64,000 nt of DNA, from assembly GCA_045589515.1 (NCBI GenBank), contig JAZNPH010000025.1, forward strand, positions 4,034 through 68,033. The letters run 5' to 3'. Source of the DNA: Eubacteriales bacterium (lineage in GTDB: Bacteria; Bacillota; Clostridia; Oscillospirales; CAG-382). Shown here piece after piece: positions 42,242 through 49,526 of this stretch. Positions within the stretch are counted from its first letter, which is position 1; each line of letters starts with the position of its first letter. The translations under genes were made by a program, and so were the position numbers. The notes below the pieces were generated by a model, which saw only the letters and a list, made by a program, of their open reading frames with translations, was not told the origin of the DNA and did not search any database.

Positions 42242-45025
42242 TCAATCATTGGAGCCCAGATAATCGTAGTAGTAGCAGAGCTTCAACCAGGAATTCTCAA
42301 CACCTGCGAAGGTGTATTTATCCATGAGAAGCTGCAAAATCTCAGCAAGCCGCTGATCTACTACCACGCATCCGTTACGCTCGGTATTTTCGGAATCGTC
42401 AATCTTATCAAGATAGGAACGCACTTCCTCGGTAAGATCCCCGCCCTTGCCGTGGTATCTGCCGGCAAAGACATCCTCCAACTGGTAGTTGATTGCGTTT
42501 TGATCGTACTCATCTCCCCATTTTTCTCTGAGATAAGCATCGGTCTTTTCGATATCGTTATCGTTTTGCTTCAGGTAGGAAAGAATCTCGGCATCGGTCT
42601 CGGATTTACTGAAATCGAAGCCGCCCATCTCGATCATCTCAGTGATAGAGTGGCTGAATACGCTGGTCATAGAGGTGAAATCCGCATAGATCAGACTTCC
42701 GTCCGCAGAATCGTACCAATAACCGTCTTTCAGCTCGGGCTTAATGCCGCCGGTAATGATATCGTACATGGTGTCGCCGGTGGCGTCGCCGTCGTAGGTG
42801 AAGTAACCGGGAGCGGCGGCACGGAAGAGCCAAAGCTCTTCTGCGATATACTCAACGTCGTAGTAAATAACGCCGGTAGCGTAAACATCCCAGAAAGCCA
42901 TATTGATATAGTAGGGCTTGCCGGCTTCCATATAGTAGACCATGGAAACGTTAACGGTATCTGTATACATACGTTCGTCATGCTCGTAGGTATAAATAAT
43001 ATCGCCGTTGCTGTCAAAGATCCAGGAGTCGATGCCGTCTTTGTACTCGCTTCTGGAGGTAAAACGGTATACCCCGGATCTTTCGGGAATAAATTCCGCA
43101 AACATACCTCTGGGAATGATCGCTCTGTCGTAGTAGAAATAGTTGGTCTCGACGCCCTTGCCCAGGGTTGCGTCCAATGCGCTTTCGGGGCAAAGACCGA
43201 TGATGGGATCCTGAAGCTGAGTAGCGGTGGGACCGTATGCCACGAAGTACTTACAGATCTTCAACCATTCGTTTTCGGTGCCGTCGAAGCCTGCCACCTC
43301 GGCAACCTGCTTGAGCATTTCAGCAAGCTCTTTGTTTACGGTGCAAATGCCGTTCAAGGAAGCGTTGGAAGCATAGGAGAAGTACTTCACCATGTTTTTC
43401 CCTTCCTTGTCGTAGAGGCTGACGCCGTCCTTATCTGCCAGACCCTCGTAGACGATCTGGTAAACGGACATTTCCTCGGAGAAGGGAGTGTAGCCCATAA
43501 GGTCTGCCAGAAGAAGGGGGCCGTCCGCCTTGCCTACATGGTAGTAGCCGTCCTTTTCGTTGAAGACGATATCCACATAAGAATAGGTCTCGCCGTCCTC
43601 AGAAGTGCCGGCAGGGCGGGGCAAGTAAGTATCCACGTCGATCTCGGAAGCATCTACAGCGCGGAAATTGTTGATATAAACGGTGTCGTCCCCCTCGGAG
43701 GTGTCGCTATCCTTGACGAAGCAAAGAGCGATCTCGTAGGTGCCATCTTCTTCCGCAACGCAGGGGTAGCAAGACTGCCAGGTCTCGGTCTCTCCTACGC
43801 CGGAGATCTGGAACACGTCCTCGTCGTTGACGATGACGTACAAAATATCGCAAAGGCGCTCGGAGGAGATGAGGTAGTCGAAGCCAACCGCCTGTCCCTT
43901 CTTCAGAGTGACGTCGGCGTAGAGGATGGCGTAGGAGGAATCGATGCCGGTGTTGGAGGCGTAGAGCGCCTTCTTACCGTTCTTTTCCGTAGCGATGAAG
44001 GGCCAGATGTACTGGGCGTTTTCATCCTCGGTCTCGGGACGATAGGTAACTTGGATATCGCCCTTGTTGATGAGAGCAGAAATGTTCTCGGAGGAATCCA
44101 TGGTGTAGTTGGGAACCACCTGAGTCACCAGGTCGCCGATGCCGCCTACACAGACCTTCTGCTTATAAACGTCCGCAAGGAAGTGATCGAAGGCGGACAG
44201 GAAGGGACGCTTGCTGGTAATGGCACCTGCCTCCACTACGCTGATCAGCCCATAACGGTCAATGAACACAGAGGTGGGGTAGCCGGTAACGGAAAAGGTG
44301 TTGGCCCAGGAGGAAGGACAAGCGGCCATGGGAAAATCCAGACCGTGCTCAGCCTTGAAATTCTTAACGGCAGCTTCACCGTCCAGGGGATCCAACGCGA
44401 TGATCTCGATCTGATCCTTGTACTCAGCGTACAACTCGTTCATCAGAGGGAACTCTTCAAGACACCAGGTACAAGTGGTGTACCAGAAGTTCAGGATCAC
44501 CAGCTTTTTGGTCTCCAGAACCTTGGAAAGGGTGAGTTCTTCCCCATCGGAGGTGGTAACGGTGAAATCATACATGATATCGCCCATCCCCAAGGATGCG
44601 GAGGAAAGCTCCTCGTCGGTAACCAAAGAGGAGGTTAGGACGATGCTTGCGGAGGTGCCGGAGAAGCCGTAGTAGCTGTCAACGGAGTAACCCTTTGCAA
44701 CGCCCGTGAGGACAATGGCGTAGTCCTTGCTCTGGGGCAGGGTAAAGGATACGTCGCCGTTTACATCGGTCTTGGCAAAGTCCACCATGTCGGCAAGGGA
44801 ACCGTCTGCGTAGATATATACGTCGGTTTCGGACATTGCCATTCCGCCGGCCGTCTCCACGTGAACGGTATAAGTCGCGGAGCCGCCTGCAGGCGCGCTC
44901 TCCTCGGAGCTTGTGTCGCTGGTGGTTCCGCTGTCATCCGAGCAGGATGCCAACAGAGGGAGACAGATCGCCAAAAGCAGAAGTAAGGCGATCATACCAT
45001 GCTTTCTGTAAGTATTTCTTTTCAT
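42242..45025 (-). CDS. Large modular lipoprotein with TlpA-like thioredoxin fold (CTWC)
   Basis: It has the lipobox LLAS-CSDD and a CarboxypepD_reg-like domain (YTVHVETAGGMAMSETDVYIYADG...DVNGDVSF). The thioredoxin fold reads KLVILNFWYTTCTWCLEEFPLMNELY...GYPTSVFIDRYG, and I verified the CTWC codons at 44462-44473. A jelly-roll-like region and two copies of the shared module follow. Confidence 0.75.
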   Translation of the reverse strand: MKRNTYRKHGMIALLLLLAICLPLLASCSDDSGTTSDTSSEESAPAGGSATYTVHVETAGGMAMSETDVYIYADGSLADMVDFAKTDVNGDVSFTLPQSKDYAIVLTGVAKGYSVDSYYGFSGTSASIVLTSSLVTDEELSSASLGMGDIMYDFTVTTSDGEELTLSKVLETKKLVILNFWYTTCTWCLEEFPLMNELYAEYKDQIEIIALDPLDGEAAVKNFKAEHGLDFPMAACPSSWANTFSVTGYPTSVFIDRYGLISVVEAGAITSKRPFLSAFDHFLADVYKQKVCVGGIGDLVTQVVPNYTMDSSENISALINKGDIQVTYRPETEDENAQYIWPFIATEKNGKKALYASNTGIDSSYAILYADVTLKKGQAVGFDYLISSERLCDILYVIVNDEDVFQISGVGETETWQSCYPCVAEEDGTYEIALCFVKDSDTSEGDDTVYINNFRAVDASEIDVDTYLPRPAGTSEDGETYSYVDIVFNEKDGYYHVGKADGPLLLADLMGYTPFSEEMSVYQIVYEGLADKDGVSLYDKEGKNMVKYFSYASNASLNGICTVNKELAEMLKQVAEVAGFDGTENEWLKICKYFVAYGPTATQLQDPIIGLCPESALDATLGKGVETNYFYYDRAIIPRGMFAEFIPERSGVYRFTSRSEYKDGIDSWIFDSNGDIIYTYEHDERMYTDTVNVSMVYYMEAGKPYYINMAFWDVYATGVIYYDVEYIAEELWLFRAAAPGYFTYDGDATGDTMYDIITGGIKPELKDGYWYDSADGSLIYADFTSMTSVFSHSITEMIEMGGFDFSKSETDAEILSYLKQNDNDIEKTDAYLREKWGDEYDQNAINYQLEDVFAGRYHGKGGDLTEEVRSYLDKIDDSENTERNGCVVVDQRLAEILQLLMDKYTFAGVENSWLKLCYYYDYLGSND

Positions 45026-45058
45026 TCAAATTTTCCTCCCGGATGAATGAGTGTGTGG

Positions 45059-45304
45059 TCAAACGAGCCAAAAGATCAAAGCCACGATGAGAAAGGCGAC
45101 TGCAAGGAAGCCCACGGCAACAAGGGTGGGTAAAAGCATCATACGTACTGCGCTCCAATAGGTGCGCCAGATGTCGCCGACAGAGGACGTGGTACCGCTC
45201 CCCCAGCGGCTTTTCCCCGCGGAAACGCCTGACATATCCGCAATGGTCCTGCCGTCGTCGATATAATGCACTTTTTCCTTTTTGGACTTGTCTTTCTTCA
45301 TCAT
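45059..45304 (-). CDS. Small tail-anchored membrane protein, unknown function
   Basis: The 81-aa protein has a Lys-rich N-terminus (MMKKDKSKKEK) and a C-terminal TM helix (LLPTLVAVGFLAVAFLIVALIFWLV). It is packed 13 nt after the ABC ATPase gene and 33 nt before the 927-aa lipoprotein gene. Confidence 0.45.
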   Translation of the reverse strand: MMKKDKSKKEKVHYIDDGRTIADMSGVSAGKSRWGSGTTSSVGDIWRTYWSAVRMMLLPTLVAVGFLAVAFLIVALIFWLV

Positions 45305-45317
45305 GAACGCTTTTTCC

Positions 45318-46319
45318 TTACTCGTTCAGCAAGTGGCAGGCGGCGCAATGGCCGTTGCCGTAATCTTTGTACTCCGGCGTTACCTCTTTGCAAATATCCT
45401 TTGCATGGGGGCAACGGGTGTGGAAGCGGCAACCCTTGGGCGGGTTAGCGGGAGACGGGATGTCACCACTTAGGATGATACGGTTCATTTTCACGTCGGG
45501 ATCGGGATAAGGAATGGCAGAGAACAAGGCTTGGGTGTAGGGGTGCAAGGGGTTTGCGAAGATATCCTCCTTGGTACCGAATTCCACCATGGAGCCAAGA
45601 TACATGACGCCGATCTTATCGGATATGAACTTGACCACGGAAAGGTCGTGGGAATTGAACACGTAGGTGAGATCCATCTCCTGCTGGAGACGCTTCAACA
45701 GATTGATGATCTGCGCCTGAATAGAAACATCCAGAGCAGATACGGGCTCGTCACAGATGACAAGCTTGGGGTTGACGGAAAGGGCGCGGGCGATGCAAAT
45801 ACGCTGGCGCTGGCCGCCGGAGAATTCGTGGGGGTAGCGCTCGTAATAGTAGGAACGCAGACCGCACTTATCCATCAGATCCAGAACGTACTCCTTTACC
45901 TGATCCTTGGGAACAATATTATGTACCTCCACAGGCTCGGAAAGGATGCCGCCCACGGTGCTTCTGGGTGGCAGAGAGGAGTAGGGGTCCTGGAAAATGA
46001 TCTGCATCTTCTTGCGGATCTCCCGCATTTGGGAAGAAGTATAGTTGGTAATATCCTGCCCTTCAAAGAAGATCTGACCGGAGGTGGGCTGGTGGAGCTT
46101 AAGAATGGCTCTGCCCAAGGTGGTCTTGCCGCAGCCGGATTCGCCAACGATGCCTAAGGTCTCCCCTGCTTTCAGAGAGAAGGACACATCGTCCACGGCG
46201 ATGAGCTCGCGAGTGACCTTACCGGTGATGGTCTTTTTGAGAGGGAAGCACTTACGCAGGTGATGTACCTCCAAAAGGCTGTCACTTGCGGGGGCATTGA
46301 TCTTCTGTTCTTCAGCCAT
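45318..46319 (-). CDS. Oligopeptide/dipeptide ABC transporter ATP-binding protein (OppF/DppF-type)
   Basis: It has Walker A GESGCGKTT, the signature LSGGQRQRICIARAL and Walker B LVICDEPVSALD. The Opp-type C-terminal extension has Cys motifs (CRFHTRCPHAKDIC...CAACH). Confidence 0.9.
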   Translation of the reverse strand: MAEEQKINAPASDSLLEVHHLRKCFPLKKTITGKVTRELIAVDDVSFSLKAGETLGIVGESGCGKTTLGRAILKLHQPTSGQIFFEGQDITNYTSSQMREIRKKMQIIFQDPYSSLPPRSTVGGILSEPVEVHNIVPKDQVKEYVLDLMDKCGLRSYYYERYPHEFSGGQRQRICIARALSVNPKLVICDEPVSALDVSIQAQIINLLKRLQQEMDLTYVFNSHDLSVVKFISDKIGVMYLGSMVEFGTKEDIFANPLHPYTQALFSAIPYPDPDVKMNRIILSGDIPSPANPPKGCRFHTRCPHAKDICKEVTPEYKDYGNGHCAACHLLNE

Positions 46320-47460
46320 TGTTCTGTTCCTCCCCGTATAAGTGACATGCTACGTAATGGGTGGGGCTGACCCGGATCATCCCCGGATACTCCCCTGCGC
46401 ACTTTTTGGTGCAGGAGGAGCATCTCTCACGGAAGTAGCAATAGTTGGGCATATTGATGGGGTTGGGCACGTTACCGGGGATGTTGAACAGCGTGTCGCT
46501 GTCGGAATCCAGGGTGGGCTTGGATTTCTGCAAGCCGATGGTATAGGGGTGCATGGGATTATGGAAGATCTCTTGCACAGTGCCCTGCTCGATGACTCTG
46601 CCTGCGTACATGACCACCACGTAATCCGCCATCTCAGCAATAATGCCAAGATCGTGGGTGATGAGCATGATGGAGCCGTCGATCTTCTCCTTCAGATCAC
46701 GGAGCAGATCCAAGATCTGCGCCTGAATGGTTACGTCCAGAGCGGTGGTGGGTTCGTCGGCAATGATGAGGCGGGGATCCGCCGCGAGAGCCATGGAGAT
46801 CATCACACGCTGGCGCATACCGCCGGAAAGCTCGTGAGGGAAGGAATTATATACACGCTCGGGGATGGCAATGCCCACCAGATTCAGCATCTCGATGGAA
46901 CGGGCTTTCGCCGTCTCCTTAGTGGCCTTGGGGTTGTTGATGAAGGTGACCTCGTCAAGCTGCTGACCAATGGTGAACACGGGGTTCAAAGAGGTCATGG
47001 GCTCCTGGAAGATCATGGCAATCTGGTTGCCGCGGATCTTGTGAATGTCCCGCATGGGCATTTTTGCCACGTCGTAGACCTTCTCGGTGCCGTCGGCTTC
47101 TTTTGCGTTAAAGCGGATGGAGCCGGAATAGATCTGACCTGCGGGGCCCTGGATCAAACGCATAACGGACATACTGGTCACGGACTTGCCGCAACCGGAC
47201 TCCCCTACCACGCCTACGGTAGCATGCTTGGGAATATTGAAGGAAACGCCGTTGACGGCCTTAACCACGCCCTGCTCGGTGAAAAAATAGGTGTGGAGGT
47301 CATCGATCTCCAGAATGTTCGAATCGTCCTTCATTTCGGTGAGGTATTCCGATTCGGGGGCTTTACGATTCTTGTAGGCCTCCAGCTTTTTGATGATCTT
47401 TTTGTTTTCCTTGGCAATGGCGCGGACTTCCTTGCCCGAAAGGTGATTGGTTTTGCTCAT
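46312..47460 (-). CDS. Oligopeptide/dipeptide ABC transporter ATP-binding protein (OppD/DppD-type)
   Basis: It has Walker [10 protein letters not shown], the signature [15 protein letters not shown] and Walker [12 protein letters not shown]. The C-terminal Cys-rich Opp extension reads [14 protein letters not shown]...VACH. There is a Lys-rich N-terminal extension of about 45 aa. Confidence 0.9.
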   Translation of the reverse strand: MSKTNHLSGKEVRAIAKENKKIIKKLEAYKNRKAPESEYLTEMKDDSNILEIDDLHTYFFTEQGVVKAVNGVSFNIPKHATVGVVGESGCGKSVTSMSVMRLIQGPAGQIYSGSIRFNAKEADGTEKVYDVAKMPMRDIHKIRGNQIAMIFQEPMTSLNPVFTIGQQLDEVTFINNPKATKETAKARSIEMLNLVGIAIPERVYNSFPHELSGGMRQRVMISMALAADPRLIIADEPTTALDVTIQAQILDLLRDLKEKIDGSIMLITHDLGIIAEMADYVVVMYAGRVIEQGTVQEIFHNPMHPYTIGLQKSKPTLDSDSDTLFNIPGNVPNPINMPNYCYFRERCSSCTKKCAGEYPGMIRVSPTHYVACHLYGEEQNNG

Positions 47461-47463
47461 AGC

Positions 47464-48507
47464 TTATCTCCTCGCTTTCGGGTCAAGGGCATCTCTCAGA
47501 CCGTCTCCCACAAAGTTAAAGCCCAACACGGCAATGACGATGCAAATACCTGCGGGAACCCAGACGTTGAGGTGGTTCTGAAGAATGTCCTGGTTGGTGG
47601 AAATGATGTTGATCATGGTACCCCAAGCAGCGTAGGGCGCCTTGACACCCAGGTTCAGGTAGGACAGCGTTGCCTCGTAGAGAATCATACTACCCAGGCT
47701 CAAGCTCATTTGCACGATGAGCTGGGGCATGACGTTGGGGACCAGGTGCTTAAAGATCTTACGGGGTGCGGAGTAGCCCATGGCTTCTGCCGCCACCATG
47801 TATTCCTGCTCGCGGAGAGACAGGATCTGACCGCGGACAAGTCGCGCGGTGCCGGGCCAGGAAATGAAGGTGAGGTAGATCATCAAGAGGTAAATGCGGT
47901 ATTTCGCATCAATGCCGGAGGCATCCAGGATGGTACTGATGATCAGCAGGATCGGGATACCGGGGAGGCAGATCAACACGTCGCATACACGCATGATGAT
48001 GTTATCCACTACCCCGCCGAAGAAACCTGCGATGCCGCCCATGAATACGCCGAGAATGGTGATCAGAAATACGGCGATAAAGCTGACGATGAGGGAGATT
48101 CTGCCGCCGTACATCAGACGGACGAAGATATCGTAGCCCTCGTTGTCGGTGCCGAGGATGTGCTCTGCGGAGGGAGGTGCCAGGAAGTTGTCCTTAAGAC
48201 TCTTCTCGGTGGTCTGATGGAGGGTGTATTCCACGCCATTGACGGTATAGGTGGTCTCCGCGGTGGCGTATTCCGTCTTACCGCTTTCGTCCAGCTCGAT
48301 CTCACCCCACTGAGTATAGATCAGAGGACCCACGAAACTGAACAGAAACAGCCCTACGATCATAACAAGACCGATGATGCTCAGCTTGGAGCGGAAGAAA
48401 CGACGAACCACCATACGGGTGGGAGACATTAAACGGACGTTTTGATCCAAAGGAGTGTCGGTATCTTCTTTCGCTTCGGGAGTATTGTTTTTCAGTTGTT
48501 CTTCCAC
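47464..48507 (-). CDS. ABC transporter permease (OppC/DppC-type)
   Basis: The BPD-transporter fold has the EAA loop (EQEYMVAAEAMGYSAPRKIFKHLVPN) and an OppC-type N-terminal segment. Confidence 0.9.
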   Translation of the reverse strand: MEEQLKNNTPEAKEDTDTPLDQNVRLMSPTRMVVRRFFRSKLSIIGLVMIVGLFLFSFVGPLIYTQWGEIELDESGKTEYATAETTYTVNGVEYTLHQTTEKSLKDNFLAPPSAEHILGTDNEGYDIFVRLMYGGRISLIVSFIAVFLITILGVFMGGIAGFFGGVVDNIIMRVCDVLICLPGIPILLIISTILDASGIDAKYRIYLLMIYLTFISWPGTARLVRGQILSLREQEYMVAAEAMGYSAPRKIFKHLVPNVMPQLIVQMSLSLGSMILYEATLSYLNLGVKAPYAAWGTMINIISTNQDILQNHLNVWVPAGICIVIAVLGFNFVGDGLRDALDPKARR

Positions 48508-48519
48508 AAAGATACCTCC

Positions 48520-49512
48520 TTACTCCAATTTGACTCTGGGGTCTACGATGCCGTACATCAGGTCGGCCAGCAATACGCCGATGACGCTGAGCAACGCAAG
48601 GAACATATTATAACCCATGATAAAGGGGATATCGCCGCGGTTCATGGCGTCCAGGGCGATATTACCGATACCGGGCAGGTTGAACACCTGCTCCGTGATG
48701 ATGGCACCGGAGAACAGGGAGGGCAGAAGCCCTGCCAGAGAGGTGACCATGGGAATCAGAGTGTTGCGGAAGGCGTGCTTGTTGATAACAACGCTTTCCT
48801 TGAGACCCTTTGCACGAGCGGTACGGATGTAGTCGGAGTTCATAACCTCCAACATATTGGTTCTGGTCATACGCATTCTGGCACCGATGGACAGGATCAC
48901 AATGGTGAGAATGGGGATGAACATATGCCGCGCATAGTCCAACAGGAGGGCGAGCCCTGCCTGGGACACGGTAGCGTCCAGCAAGCCCGAAGCCGGGAAC
49001 CATCCCAGCTTCAGGGCAAGGAAATCCTTGAGCACCTGCCCGAAGAAGAAAGAGGGCAGGGAGATGCCGATCATGACCAACACGGTTACCACGTAGTCGC
49101 GGATGCTGTACTGGTGGGTGGCGGCGGTGATCCCAAGGGGGATCGCGATGAGGAATTCGAAAATGGTGGCAATCAAGGCGATGATAAAGGACACGCCCAT
49201 ATGCTCGAAGATAACGTCTGCGACAGGAATGCCGTGGACGAAGCTGGTGCCCAGGTCAAAGGTGGCAAGAGCGCCAAGCCAGCTGAAGTATCCCTTCAGG
49301 ATTCCCATAAAGCTGTTGTCCCCCAGCCCGTACATTTCGTACATGGCGTTCACCGTTTCCTCGCTGACCGTTGCGCCGCCCTGGTTGATGGCGTCGATCT
49401 TGCTCTGGATAAAATCCACGGGCATGAGTCGGATCAGGAAGTAGATGATCATGGAGACGCCCAGCAGAATGAGAACTGCCATGGCAAGTCTTTTAATGAT
49501 GTATTTCAGCAT
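48520..49512 (-). CDS. ABC transporter permease (OppB/DppB-type)
   Basis: It begins MLKYIIKRL......LGVS.I.F.L..L.P.D and has the EAA loop (SDYIRTARAKGLKESVVINKHAFRN). Confidence 0.9.
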   Translation of the reverse strand: MLKYIIKRLAMAVLILLGVSMIIYFLIRLMPVDFIQSKIDAINQGGATVSEETVNAMYEMYGLGDNSFMGILKGYFSWLGALATFDLGTSFVHGIPVADVIFEHMGVSFIIALIATIFEFLIAIPLGITAATHQYSIRDYVVTVLVMIGISLPSFFFGQVLKDFLALKLGWFPASGLLDATVSQAGLALLLDYARHMFIPILTIVILSIGARMRMTRTNMLEVMNSDYIRTARAKGLKESVVINKHAFRNTLIPMVTSLAGLLPSLFSGAIITEQVFNLPGIGNIALDAMNRGDIPFIMGYNMFLALLSVIGVLLADLMYGIVDPRVKLE

Positions 49513-49526
49513 GGGTCACACCCGCT

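Noticed and set aside
45318-46440. I considered the Cys-rich C-terminal tails of the two ABC ATPases (CRFHTRCPHAKDIC...CAACH; [14 protein letters not shown]...VACH) as a locus-specific redox feature.
   Set aside because: This Cys motif is a general property of the Opp/Dpp-type ATPase C-terminal domain, which is reported to bind an Fe-S cluster. It is therefore not specific evidence for the redox hypothesis.
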